Shown: positions 1 to 12,589 of the stretch, piece by piece
Position numbering within the stretch: the stretch's first letter is position 1
Layout of the letters: each line of letters starts with the position of its first letter
Source: Podarcis gaigeae
Taxonomy: Eukaryota
Reading direction: 5' to 3' (one strand)
Length of the DNA stretch: 64,000 bases
NCBI GenBank assembly: GCA_964106915.2
Contig: OZ066919.1
Notes under the pieces: generated by a model
The model's input: only the letters and a program-made list of their open reading frames with translations
Database searches by the model: none
What the model was told of the DNA's origin: nothing
Translations under genes and position numbers: made by a program

Positions 1-527
1 CCATCTGTGAAAGCTTCTTGAGGGCCACATGCCAGTGGCAAATGAGGCTAGAGGCAAATGTGGGCCAAGCAACAAATGTAAATGTTGTATTTATACCATA
101 AACTAGTTTCTACACACACTGACACACCCACCCTGCTATTCTCTGTCAAGACAAGCAAGAGGCATTCTCAGAGTTCAAGGACACATTCCAGCCAGGCAAA
201 GGGTATGAAGCAGGGCCTGTGATGGGTGTTGCCTGGGGAGAGTCCTGAGGTTCAGCCAGAGAAGCCTAGAGCAGGGGTCTGCAACCTTTAAGACAAAAAG
301 AGCCACTTGGACCGAAGAAAAAAAAAACTGGGAGCCACAAAACCATTGCAACATTTAAAACAGTGGGGAGTGTCGGGGCACACAATGCGCCTCCTCCCCT
401 CGCTAGTATGCGCCCCGGAGCCGCGGCAAAGGTGTAAAAGAGCCACATGCGGCTCTGGAGCCATGGGTTGCTGACCCCTGGCCTAGAGGGTTTCATTTGG
501 CCCCAGGCCTGAGGTTCCCCACCCACA
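1..527. mobile_element. Older hAT-like non-autonomous element, interrupted by the 272-480 insertion
   Basis: The sequence reads through the insertion (agagaagcctagag|ggtttcatttggccccaggcctgaggttccccaccc) and ends in a degraded hAT-type terminus. The left end is outside the window. Confidence 0.6.
272..480. mobile_element. hAT MITE, 209 bp
   Basis: TIRs CAGGGGTC(T)GCAACC / GGTTGC(T)GACCCCTG. Perfect 8-bp TSD GCCTAGAG (264-271, 481-488). Confidence 0.92.
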
Positions 528-2349
528 GCTATGTTAGGCACCTACAGTGTGACCATGTGAACAGCAAGTGAGGTGTACCTGTTTACTCAAACTTTTTAGG
601 TTTTAAACAACTGACTGATTTAGATCTCTTCTCCTTTTTAGTTGTCGTTGTTGGTGTAAGAACATATTTTTTGTTTTACTGCTTTTTAAAAATAAAAAAA
701 GGGCTTGGAAGTGTGCCAGACGTGAATATTCTTGCCTGTATTGGTTCATTGTCTTACTCTGGCAACCAGGAGGTTGTTTACTAGTCTGCTCCCTGCCAGT
801 CTCATTGGTGGTTCAGGGAGAAAGTCCCACCTACTTGCCCCTCTGCAAACTTGCTCTCTTCTTCCAGTCACATGGCCTTGATTCATATATTGGTGTGTTG
901 CCCTTTTATTTATTTTTCTCTTTCTGCACAGTTCATGCATTTACTGGTTGTTTATAGCGAGGACAAAGGCTCAGAGTCCCTAAATCAAAAGTGATGCTGG
1001 CATAATTATAAGCACAAGCTGGCGTTGCAAAGAGGGCTGCAGGGAGAGGTTGTCAGAAGACGGGAGAATCCAAGATATATTAACCTCAAAAATTCCAGCT
1101 AATCACTTCTTCAATGTGAGCAATCCATTTTTTGAGATATGATTATTTGGGGACTTTAGTAATAATAAATAATTCTAATAGATTACAAAGAGGGAGGGCC
1201 TGACACTACATGCTTTTCAAGAATCCTTCCATTGCACTTGCTTAACAACGAACTTTCTCCGGTGTTGCAGTGGGGTGCTAAGGGAAGCACTTTATTGCCT
1301 AGTGGAAAATAGCAGGTTGTGATTGGCCACCTTTAATCTAATGTGGCTCCCGAAGGCTTTCAATCTGCCATAAATCCCAGCATGCAGTGTTGCCATTTTG
1401 AGCTGAGATGGGTTGCAAGGTACAGAATGGTCGTTTCAGATATGTAGCCTGCAGATTCCATCTATGGCCACCAGCATTTTTCGGAAGCATCTTTGTCAAA
1501 CTGATTCAGCCCTGTGCCTCATCCCAGTGTTTTGTTTCCAGCACTATCCAGTCAAAGAGCAATGCTAAACAGCTGGATTATTGCATTAATCTGCCCCCAT
1601 TAAAGATCCATGCAAGACTTGTCTGGGAAGGAAATGGAGAAGTGTGCGTAGGAACAAAACTGCACATGCTGCTAATATCAACTTCATACTCAGTTTTACA
1701 TCAGCCTTCAGTACATGTACCAACATGTGACTATTGACATCCCCAGTTTTGCTCATAAATTGATACAAGCATCCTTTTGAAGCAGAAAGGGTTAATTGAC
1801 AGAGTTGGGAATGAAGTTGTATCTCTTCTTATCCAGTGTAGTGGGATCTCTGCTGAAGGGCTGATGTGGAATGTGGACTCTTAATGCAGGGAAACGTCCT
1901 TCCTGCACATTATTAGGGCAATAACTTGGGACTCCTAGATTAGAGGAACTTTAGTGAGCTCTGTCACAGGCACTGTCGTGTCAGAAAGGCACTTCTATTA
2001 CAGGCGTTGGGTTACCCAGATCTCTTTGAGGGCAAATAGTGCTGAATCTCACTTCTGAACCTAGATAGGTCTCTGAAGGAAAAGAGCATAGAACATCAAC
2101 AGTTTCAGTCACAGTTTCAGGTCCTGCTTGAGGGAAACACGACACATAGCCAGGGGAATAGGTCCTTGTGGTAGCCAAAACCAGCACCGTTTATCAGAGT
2201 CCTGCATTTTGTAGCCTTAGAGTTCTGTTAAACTTGATTGCACAAAAAATCTTGCAATATTTGAGAATGCCTGCTCTTCTTAGCTGCCTGTGCTTTTGGC
2301 TGCCGAGGTGAGTGGAGCATTGGGCCTTCCTGCTGCCGTTGAGACAGCC

Positions 2350-2900
2350 AGGCTAACGGAGCCTACCTAACAGATTATCAGCGCCCTGTGAGTAATAGAC
2401 TCCTCATTTAGTTTTAATACATTTTGCATAGAGAGCAATCAACCTTCATCAGTCTTAAAGATGAATTGGCTTAGCCAGCTAAATTTTAAAGATATTAGTT
2501 CGACAGCAGCCGCATAAATCATAACGTTTTCTTAATGATGGTAAAATTAAAATATACTCTTGCTTGAAGAAGCCAATGGAGCTTTCATGTTCACAGGCCA
2601 AATCCTCCCCCAAAATTAAAGGAAAGCTTAATTGATGTTCTCTAAAGCCGAGTAAACTCAAAACAGTCCCGCTTCTCCTGAGTTGGCCTCGTATTTCTTC
2701 TGCGGTCTATTGGTAGATCTAAATCCATCCAGACTGCTTCTGTCCCTTTCTATTCTTGAAGCTGCCAATATATCAGGCCAAAACATAGCAAGGCAATAAT
2801 CCTGGCTGTTTAAAGACTCTGGGTCCAGCTGTCAGCCCTTCCTTGCTTGTCATTGATGGAGCTCTGATTGACACATGAAGGAGATCCTCCTTATTTCCTT
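2350..2900. promoter_or_regulatory. Putative conserved enhancer in a DMAP1 intron
   Basis: TE-free, TAAT/ATTA-dense, retains CpGs. PBX-HOX-type CATAAATCA at 2513-2521. Conservation inferred. Confidence 0.5.
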
Positions 2901-3272
2901 CTGCTAGTATATAGAAGACAGCATATCTGGAGCTGCGATTAGCAGGGAGGAGTGAGCTAGAAACCTAACAAAGCTCTTTCAGATAGGAAAGGTGCTTATT
3001 CTGAATGGAAAGCATCACAGATCTCAGCCATACAAGTGTTGTTCTACTGGCTAGAAAGCCTATATAGTGAGGTGGTAGATTTTCTAAGGATACATGAAGA
3101 GCCTCAAAACAGGATGTGATGAAATAGTGTTGCCTTGTGAGGAGATGCTGTTCTCTTAAGCAGGGTACCATGTGTTAAGAATCTAATCTAGCATGTTTTA
3201 TTGTTTACCCTTGTTGGCATCTTCAGAATTCCATTAGACATCTCATTCTGGCTACTTCCACATACTCTAAGG

Positions 3273-3408
3273 CAGGGTTTCTCAAACTTGGGTCTCCAGC
3301 TGTTGTTGGACTACAACTCCCATCATCCCTAGCTAGGAGGACCAGTGGTCAGGGGTGATGGGAATTGTAGTCCAAAAGTAGCTTGAGGCCCAAGTTTAGG
3401 AAACCCTG
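3273..3408. mobile_element. hAT MITE, 136 bp palindromic family
   Basis: TIRs CAGGGTTT...AAACCCTG with internal inverted GGACTACAA/TTGTAGTCC. Perfect 8-bp TSD CTCTAAGG. Confidence 0.92.
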
Positions 3409-4592
3409 CTCTAAGGGAACCTCTGCCTGCCCTTTGCGGATTTGGGAATTTTTCACAATCCCCATTTCTGGCCTGAAGTTCTGAGAACCTACTGCAAAGG
3501 GATGGGCACTATGGGGGGTAGTAATGACTAAGAGAAGGCAGAAATTATTCTTGCCTCATGAGAATTCTGATAGTGCCTACCTGAAACCAGGCCTTTGATT
3601 GGCTTACCTTGGCAGCACTGACCTGATACTGGAAACTGAGCAGTGGTGCAGGGATCAACTTTCTGCTTGTGTAAGAAAAGGACAAAAGGCAGAAATGGAA
3701 AGAGGCAGGTATCCAAACTCGAAGCCCTTCCAGGTAGTCCTTGTTATACTTGGGTTTTTGGAAGCCCAAAGGTGTGTTTGAAGGCCATTAGCTTGGCTAG
3801 TTTTCCCTGCATGCTCAAGTCCCCTTTACCCACTTGAAATTGTGCTTGAGTTCTTTGTACTTTTCCTTAGCTGCTTGTACTGAGTTGCTCCTGCCTGTAG
3901 GGTTGTAGTGAGGGTGGTTTGGGGTTTTTTTTGAGCTAAGCGTGATCTCATGCCCAGCTTGGGTTCCCTGCCCCTGCCTAATACTTCCCTGCTCCCCATA
4001 CCCCCCTCAGCTCCACTGTGAATGTGTGTTCACACTTCTGCCAATTGAGTTAGTGTGTGTGCTCTTTGTGCCTCTTTGCGTCTTTTGTTAGAAAACTGGC
4101 TCTGTAAATGAATCCCACGGCTCTGGGCTCGGCAGGTAAAGGGAGAAGGAAGTCTGTTAGTGCACGAGTCTAATCAGGCTGGCAAGAGCAAGTAAAGTAG
4201 GGCAGCATCGCACATTAGCTGCTGTGTAATTGAGCTCTTTGATGGGCAGGGCACTGCGGGAGAGGGTTCGAAGCGGAGCAGAACTTTTGTTGTTAATTCA
4301 GTTGCACATGGAAGCTGTAAAGCTGTGCATCTCCGCATCTTGGCACCGGGAGGAACTGAAAAGCCCTTGCGACCAGGCTTTTCAGTCCCTGCCCTTGGCT
4401 CTCGTCTGCAAACTTTCAGGCCTTCTTTCTGCCTCCCTCTCCCAGCACTTGATTTCCCTTTTCTCTCTTTCTTTCTTTGGCTCGCTTTTTTCCCCGTGCA
4501 CTATAAAAAGCAAAGCTCCCTTGCCGTTTGAACTAGGCGGCTGTGAGTGAGGGCTAGCTCAGAGCTGTGTGGCTGTTACCTTTGTATTCCAG

Positions 4593-4665
4593 ATGAAACT
4601 GCCGAGCTCCGTGGGACAGAAGAAGATTAAAGCCTTGGAGCAGATGCTGATGGAACTCGGAGTAG
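4593..4665 (+). CDS. DMAP1: DMAP1 internal coding exon (73 nt; MKLPSSVGQKKIKALEQMLMELGV + 1 nt)
   Basis: Acceptor ttgtattccAG and donor GTgagt. The translation matches the DMAP1 C-terminal region as I recall it (MKLPSSVGQKKIKALEQML.ELGV). Phase 1 joins the next exon to give GAC (D). Not in the ORF track because it is short. Confidence 0.96.
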
Positions 4666-5299
4666 GTGAGTAAAGAGGGCAGGTAGAGAGAGAGAGAGAC
4701 CCATGGAGCAAAGCCTTTGTAGTCAAGAGGGGCTATTTTTTCCCCCAAGTAATACAGCCAGTTCCTTGAATAACACTATGTGAATGGGTTTGAAAATAAG
4801 ATCTTATGTGTTTTGTTAAAAAAAAAGAAGCAGCAGCAGAGGGGTAAAAGCCAGAAGATGATGCACAAGAATATCCCCCCTCAAAAAATTCCTCCCAGTC
4901 GAAAAGTATTTGAACAGAGTCTTTTGTCTCTTTCTCTCTTGTTTGGGTTCTTTAAGCCATCGAGAGTGACAGCCCAGTATTAAGGAGGCAAATCTCTTCG
5001 TGCAGGGAGAGGTACTGTGAAAGGGGTTAGTGGCCATTGTCTGTGAGACTCTGCCTGGCTTTTGTGCTTCCTTGTTGCTCCTCTTCTGGATGGGTCCCAC
5101 GCGACCTGTGTGGGGATATGCCTGGCCTGCACTTTTTGGCTAAGGGGCAAAATACAACCCACCCCCCCAGCCTCTCCTGGGTAGGGGAGGCAGTGGACTC
5201 CCTGGATTCAGCGAGAACAGTAATGCTTGGCTTCAGTGGCTTGCTCAGGTTGTGTACTAACGGGGTTTCTCCTCCTTTGAAGAGGAGCTTCTTCTAGAC

Positions 5300-5430
5300 C
5301 ATCCCAACCTTGGGTCTCCAGCTGTTTTGGGACTACAACACCCATCATCCCTAGCTAGCAAGACCAGTGGTCAGGGACAATGGGAACTGTAGTCCAAAAA
5401 CAGCTGGAGACCCAAGATTGCAAAATACTG
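5300..5430. mobile_element. hAT MITE, same family as 3273-3408
   Basis: Shared core gggtctccagctgtt..ggactacaa..catcatccctagctag..gaccagtggtcaggg. TSD TTCTAGAC/ATCTAGAC. Left TIR eroded. Confidence 0.85.
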
Positions 5431-5674
5431 ATCTAGACTGTCCTCACATCCCTGGCTTGGCACAGCAGTGAAGGCTTGGCTGGCAGTGAGTCTGATGCAG
5501 GCAAAACTTCCCAGTTGTGCTACATCTGAGTTAATAAAGGACTCGACTCTTTAATGCTTTCTGCTTTAGCCAATTTGGACTGAACCAAGACCTACAGAGG
5601 AGCATTGGAGCAGTCTGCAGCTGGCAAGGGACAAGAGTTCCCTTGCTTAACTTTCTTCCTTTTGCCTCCTCCAG

Positions 5675-5958
5675 ACCTGAGTCCGATGCCGACAGAGGAA
5701 ATTGTCCAGATGTTCAACGAGTTGCGCAGTGATCTGGTGCTGCTATATGAGCTCAAGCAAGCATTCGCAAACTGTGAATATGAGCTGCAGATGTTGCGGC
5801 ACCGCTATGAGGCGTTGGCCAAAGCGGGTAGCACAGGGCCCAGCACAGATGGTGGCTCACATGCTGATGGACAGTCAGGCTTGTGCACTGAAGAGAGCAA
5901 GGGTGACGCAAAGGAGCAGATCATTGATGTGGTGGGGGCTCCCCTCACACCCAATTCG
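5675..5958 (+). CDS. DMAP1: DMAP1 penultimate coding exon (284 nt; (D)LSPMPTEEIVQMFNELRSDLVLLYELKQAFANCEYELQMLRHRYEAL...IIDVVGAPLTPNS)
   Basis: Long pyrimidine tract + ccAG acceptor and GTgagt donor. Lies within ORF 5605..5973. FNELRSDLVLLYELKQA and IIDVVGAPLTPNS are DMAP1 hallmarks. Phases 1/0 are consistent with the flanking exons. Confidence 0.97.
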
Positions 5959-6051
5959 GTGAGTAGATATTGATGTTGGCATGCCCTTGCACCCCTTTTG
6001 GCCTGCTTGAAAAAATAACACTGCAAACCAAAACCTTTTAGGGTCACTGGG

Positions 6052-6310
6052 GAATCATAGAATTGTAGAGACCCAAGGGCCATCTAGTCCAACCCCCTAC
6101 AATGAAGGACTCTGATGGCCATCCAATCTCTGCTTTAAAACCTCAGACAGTCCACCACATCTTGTGGCGGTCTGTTCCACGGCTGAACAGCTCTTACTGT
6201 CAGGAAGTTCTTCCTGATGCTTAGTCAGAATATCCTTTTCTGCAACTTGAAGCCATTGGTTCAAGTGCTACCCTTCAGAGCAGGAGAAAACAAGCTTGCT
6301 CCATCTCCTC
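6052..6310 (-). mobile_element. CR1 LINE 3' fragment
   Basis: Begins gaatcatagaattgtagag..ccatctagtccaaccc (reverse complement of the CR1 3' tail), followed by ttccac..aacagctcttactgtcaggaagtt typical of the CR1 ORF2 end. Confidence 0.8.
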
Positions 6311-7477
6311 TCAGTAAGGGAGATCCTCTGTCTTTCCGCTCCATGGTTCTATGCCCAAGAAAGTTTTTTCCATTGGAGTAAATAGGATTACTCCAATGAC
6401 TTGTGCTTAACATGGATATGATCAGGTCATTAGTCAGCTGGCCACCAAACCCTTCTTGCTTCCTTGCATAATGGCTGTCCCAGTATGTTGGCACAGCAGT
6501 GTGTCTGGATGTTTTTTTTAAAAAAATGACTTCTTTTTTTGATATTCAAGTAACTTTCTCTGTAAGCTCTAGAGGTGACATGGGGTTTTGAGTAACCGCT
6601 CATTCTTAGAGGCTTCTCCTACTGAATGGGCTTCACCATACTATTGAGCCCCACATCTCTGTGTCATAAATTCTCACCTGCTTTGGGGGGCGGGGTCAGC
6701 AAGCCTCAGTAGCAGGCCAGTTCAGAATCCTTTTCTTCCTCTAGAGAGTTTTCACTGACTTGTGTCTGTTTGCAAAACATTGCACTTATGTTTCCCTAGT
6801 GCTGTTCTTTTCCAACTCCATGCTTGGAATAGGAACAAAAAGAATGAAGGCAGCACCAGGAGGGTTAATGTGACCTGGGCTCTGACATATTTGAAAGAAA
6901 TATAATCAAGTTAATTCACTGCAAGGCAAATTTGGTACCTAAAGGGCCCCCCTGTTAAATACAGCTCTGACCTTTACCGGCTGGTTACACAAAGACGACA
7001 CAATTAGATTAGTCCAAGACAAAAGGTCAAGCGCATTCACACTGTGACCACTTTATGCTGTCTTTGGAGGGGAAAGAAATTCCACCCAGCAGGAGGGGGG
7101 CATCTCAGGGAGGTTCACTGTTGCTGCCAAGATGGAGGGGAGGGGCATAAGTATGTGGGGGAGTGGTGTCATTGGGGTGTGTGTGGAATGACACTGCTGC
7201 CAATCAGAGAAGCTGCCCCACTTTCGATGGAGTGTGTGTGTGTCTCTCTCCCTGCCTTTCAGGGAGCTGATCCTGCTGCTGTGGGAGTTATTTGGGCACA
7301 GAACCATTCTGCTCCATGACTAAAGCATCCAGAGTATTTTTCCTACTGCCTGTCTCTATGTATATGACACCACCTGAGTGAACAAGTGGACATTGGCTTA
7401 AACAGGTGGTCAGTGAGCAATAATTTTCTGCAACACTCAGACGTGGGAGCCATTGTTGTGCCTAGGTTATTGGGGAT

Positions 7478-7595
7478 GAACATGGGAAGCCTGGGTTCAA
7501 ATCACTATTTGGCTATGAAGCTCACCGGTGACCTGGGCAAGGTAGCATCTCTCAGGCTGGTCTACCACATAGAATTGTTGCTAGGTTAAATTGTC
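7478..7595 (+). mobile_element. MIR/CORE-like SINE remnant
   Basis: B-box-like cctgggttcaaatc followed by gtgacctgggcaag and ttgttgctaggttaaat. Confidence 0.55.
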
Positions 7596-10254
7596 ATTCT
7601 GAGCTCCTGTGTGGAAAAGTGTGACAAATAAAACACTCTCTAAATGCTTGCAGCTCCAGTAGCATGGCCTTTCCCTAATCCATGATATGCATAAAAGACA
7701 AGACCACAGAAAAAGCCCGGCACTGACATGCAGAATGAAATCTATTAGGACTTTACTCTAGCAGCCAGGGTGATTCTGTAGACTAGAGAACACATAAAAT
7801 ATCATGCCTGTCTCCAACAGCTCTTGTTAAGTTGCCTGGCATGGAGCTACTATGTATGTGGAGAAACACATCTTGGCTTCACGTTTCACCATGTTCTCTG
7901 CATATTAAAAAGTGCCTTGTTTGGTGTTTTCCAAAAGTTCTAGCTTTCAGTTTTCTGCTCCCTCTCCTGACAGCACCTCCTTCCCACTAATGAATTTGGA
8001 ATCCTCCCCACTGTATCCTGCATTAGCAACAAACCCACCCACCACATGCTCTCTCATCCCAAATAATATATACAGGCATTTGAACCACCTGTGAATGGCA
8101 ACCAAATTGCTGGTCATTGGTGTGGACCTGAAAGACTACACAGGAACCTTAGAGGAGCAATTGTTCCTTCCCCAAAGCTTCTTCAATATTTCACTTGGGG
8201 TGCTAGCTCTGTTACAATGGAAAGTGGACTCTTTTTTGTAATTCTGTAGGAGAGATGGTCTAGTATTCAAGCATCTGCACGTGACACCACTAGGCTTTTA
8301 GTGCTACATTTCCCTCTCACCGCAGGCTGGAAAAAAATAGAAGAGAATATCCACCTTCATAGGCTCAGCTTTTGGCCACCGGACTGCCAGCCCAGTGCAC
8401 CCCAGCCTTGGTTAGTCTGCTGTGGGCATGTCATGATGCCCACTGCTGGCAGCCCACAGTGAAGGGAGCCTTCTCCCCACCCCCACCCCAGAGCATTGCT
8501 CTGCTGACCCAGGAGGGACGCTACTCTGGGCCTTTGCAGGGTGAAAGGTGAGTATAACTTGGGAACAAATTAGTTCCAAGCAGAAGTGCAGCCAGTTACT
8601 CCAGATTAGAGCCTTTGATTTGTGCGACTCAGACTCCACTCGCCCATCCATAATGAGTTGACTCTCCTCAGAATTCCTCACATCAGCGCACTTTGTTCCT
8701 GGGCTCACAAGTCAGCCCATTAATGGGGAAAGGAAAGGACCTTGCCTCTAAGAAGTCTCAGGTTCAGAGTCAGAATCATTTGACTTTTAAGCTGCCTTTA
8801 TCTGAACTCCTGCCGGCTCCTTGTTTTCTGAGCCTGCTTGAAAGTGAGAAGTTACATTGTTAACATCAAACATCCTTCCTTCCAGATGGAGTTAGAAAGC
8901 TCGCTTGCGCGTCTATATAAATGTGTATCTGTATCATGATACGTGTGTGTTTTATAATATATATTTTCTCATTTTAAAATCATTCCTTTCCATTAACAGG
9001 GAGCCAGGTTCCCAGGCTCTTGTAAATTACAATGTAGAACATTTTTCCTAACCAGACACTTTCCGTTTTTGCCCACGGCGACGGGCAGAGCCAAGCTAGG
9101 GAAGGTGATTAATATGAATTTGTGACATATTTGAAAGATGGCTCTTTTGCCATATAAAGATTATCAAACACATGCGCTCATCCCCATTAATTCGGCAGCC
9201 TCCCTGGGAAGCTCTCGGGCCCCCACTCCTTTGTTTCCAGGTTGGGCTGGCTGCTTTAAATGTACCTTTGCTCCTAATTTCCCAAAATTCTGGGTATTGT
9301 TTTTCACAGGGTGCCAGTTAACGAGGTGGTGCGCTTTCCCCACTAATGAAAGCCACTGAAGGCAGTTAGGCATGAATTTCTGCCATGGAGATAGTTGCAT
9401 CCCCAAGAAGTGTGGGGGCTTCATTATTAATACAGGCTCTCAAACATTTATGCCTGAAACATTTAAAACAAGGAAAGGTGGTGGATGGCAGCCTGTGGTT
9501 CCCAAGAGGGCTCATTTTAATTTCTTTCCTCCATTCACCGTGGACCTGGAAAAAGAAATGGTGGTGGGTTTTTTTGTTTGTTTGTTTGTTTAAATGCTTT
9601 TCACTTCCTGCATTGGCTTTAAACTGCCAATGTTGCTTGATAATTTCGGTGGATCATTTCTCTTTTCTCTGCATTGCACTCTCTCTCCCAGTTGATCTGT
9701 TGAGGAAACTTCAGGCACATTTAGTACAATTTGCAGACATCCCAACTCTTTGCTAAGTTTTCACTGTGTGCCCTTGGGAGGGGCCTGTGACTGATTTAGG
9801 GGTCATGCATCAGCCAGTGGAATCTGCTAATCCCGTTAAATGCTAATTCACAAGCTTCAGGCAGGCTTGTGGTTACCTCTACTCCTTCCCTTTATGTGTC
9901 AAACCTAGAAATACTGGCTCCGGAACGGTCTGCACCATACTAGGGGGTTTGTATTGGAACTTTCATCCTCTTTCCATCCCTTCCTTAGTTTTGTCACTAG
10001 AGTCATTTATAAGACCATTTTATGGTGAAAAAACAAGCTTAATGTTGTGCCCCAAAGTTCCTCCAGAGATTTTAAGTACCAGGCCTGGTCCAGAGTCTTC
10101 TCAGGTGTTGTGTGGTGGTTTTCTTCCTGAATTCCTTGTCTGGACACACCCGATACCTTGGGTTCTAGAAAAGGGTTTGTGTTGCAACTAGTACTGAGCT
10201 GGATGGTCTGACCTCTTGTTAACACCTGTCTTTCATTTCTGCTTCTTGGAACAG

Positions 10255-10314
10255 AGAAAGCGCAGGGAATCTGCTTCCAGTTCATCGTCTGTCAAAAAAG
10301 TGAAAAAGCCATGA
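10255..10314 (+). CDS. DMAP1: DMAP1 last coding exon (RKRRESASSSSSVKKVKKP*)
   Basis: Acceptor tttcatttctgcttcttggaacAG, phase 0. Matches the basic DMAP1 C-terminus. TGA at 10312-10314. Confidence 0.96.
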   Translation, partial: RKRRESASSSSSVKKVKKP

Positions 10315-10569
10315 ATAGCCTGAAGTTCCAGATCCTGGATGTCGGAGGATCAGGACACTGACTGCAGGGGCAAGATGGCTGCATTTGCCAGTATGTGTAC
10401 ATTATGCTATGGGATTCCTGCAGTGACATTGCCCTCTCTTGTTCCAGAAAAGGGTGTTGCTGCCCCAGGTAAATGGGTTGGACTTCCTTGCATTAACAGC
10501 CTCATACTGGTTGTTGCTGTGGTGATTGTGTTGGCTTTCCTATGTTTGATTTTTGTAAACTTCCTTGTA

Positions 10570-10575
10570 AATACA
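10570..10575 (+). terminator. Candidate DMAP1 polyadenylation signal (variant AATACA)
   Basis: No canonical AATAAA close to the stop. AATACA is preceded by two TGTA motifs and followed by GT-rich sequence near 10620. Alternatives are ATTAAA ~11167 and AATAAA ~12090. Confidence 0.35.
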
Positions 10576-12589
10576 GAATCCATTACCTCTTGTTCCGTAA
10601 TCTGAATCTAATCCAGCACTTGTGGGTGGGCAGAAGCACCAGTATGGTGGTAGGAGTTGCTTTTGTCTAGATAGATCTTGAGCTGGAGTAGGCAGGTGCT
10701 GGATCATCAGCTAGATCTTATGGATTAGAATAGTTTTTATGACGCATGTGAGGCAGGAGGGGACAAACGCACGCCTAAGACTCCCTAGTATAATGCTACA
10801 CATGATTAACTATCTCACAACTGCAAGGAAGACTAAGGTTGTGGTAGCAGAGATTGCAATGCAGAGCTACATGTATAAATTATTTTATTGAAAACTTATC
10901 TTTGCAATAAGAGACATACCTCAGGCTGCTTTGAACACTGAAGGTCTTCCACCTTTTGCAGTGCCACCATTGAAGCATGGTCTTTTTTATGGTCCTAGTT
11001 GGGCACTAATTCTCACACCACCATCCCATTCCCACTGGAAGACATGCTTGCTTGTTTCTGTCTTATTTGTACAGAATGTTCTTCTGGATGCCCACAAAGT
11101 TCCTATTTCCCTCAGTGTTTCATCTAATTATAGAAGAGTTGCTTGACTCATGTGCCCTGCATATGAATTAAACAATAGAGTTGAGGAAAAGAACCCCATA
11201 CTGTATCTTAGGTGATGCATTCATTCGTTGCAGGAGGTATTTCCTGCTCTGATGAGAGGGGGTCATGCCTCTGCCAAGATGTTGCCTGCTCTCCATGTAT
11301 TTTTCTAAGTCCTTATAGTAAAAATAATTTAGATCTTCTGTTTGATTTAAGCAGTGGCACCTTTTTAGTTAAACAAATTTTCAATATCAATTTAGCGAGC
11401 CAATTTAATGCTGCAACCCTAGTTTTCTCATCTCTCTGGTAGGTGAGGTACCCTCCCATATCTGTTAAGAGTAGCCAGAATTATTCTCTGTTATATTGTG
11501 GACATACATACCCATACTGAGTGTCGCGGTGAGTTCTTTGTGCTAACATAAAAAAGTAGTTCTACAGACTCTTTTAACAGGACAATCCTGTGTGTGTTTA
11601 CTTGGAAGGAAGTTCCATTTTGTTCAGTGTGTTCACGGTTGCCTTTTCCTGTTGTAGCCTGCTGCACGCAGACCAATATCTCTTATATCCTCCAGAGGCG
11701 ACTTGGTGTGTGATAATTGTGTTGATTAGTGACCAATGGAGCAACCAGCTGTAAGCATGCTGGTTTTCCAAGAACCAAGAAGTATCCATTTCTCATTGCT
11801 AGACTCAGCTTCAGCTGTGAAGGTTTGGTTTGGTAGTGTAGGGTTGAATATTCCAAGTCAGTATAATTAAGCCTGTGTATACAATTGCAGGAAAGGCTAT
11901 GTTTTGCTATTAAATATAGAATTCAGCACCAAGAAGAAGTTTCTAGCCCATAAGCTTTTACAAAGGTCACCTTGAAAGTGTGTGAGTATCTCTGGTGAGA
12001 TCTCTGAAGCCATAGGAGGGCTGAGTAGGACTTCTAGTGATCAGACCGTGGTGTTTTGCATAGCTCTTTACCCTTCCCTAGAGTAGCAAAATAAATTATG
12101 CAAACTGAGCAAATATGTGCACATTTGCATAATGCATACAGGCCATGGAATTCTAGTTTTAATTTTAATTTTGATGGGGTTTTTAGTGCAGAACACAAAG
12201 CCCTAGGTATAACCCTTGCCCTCAGCAGGAAGAAATTGACTGGCTATGTCTAAGACTTCAGTCGCATGTTCTCCAGTGTGTGGCAGGCAGTGAAGCCAGT
12301 GATACCCTCAAGAAGAGCTAACTGTAAGTAACTTTGGTTTCTCCAGTGTAAAAATATTGAGTGCTAGCCTATGAGTTAGCCCTCCATTCTGGTCTGGAGT
12401 TTCTCCAGCTTAGTGACTCTTTTAATGACTGAATTGTGCTCTTCTCCCCCCACCCCCGCCCAGCCCTTTCAGATATTCATCTTCCATCAGAAACATGTTG
12501 GAAGAAGAGCTATGATACTTTTGGCCTGCTGCTGTCAGACCTAACTCATGCTCTACCTTCCCCTTCCCATTTCAAGTGCAACTGGGAAT

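Noticed and set aside
5605-5674. N-terminal part of ORF 5605..5973
   Set aside because: It is intron sequence, including the polypyrimidine tract. DMAP1 similarity starts at the AG acceptor (5675).
10255-10260. Alternative acceptor 6 nt downstream (AAG) that would delete RK from the DMAP1 basic motif
   Set aside because: The proximal CAG is the stronger site and nothing in the sequence supports use of the downstream AG.
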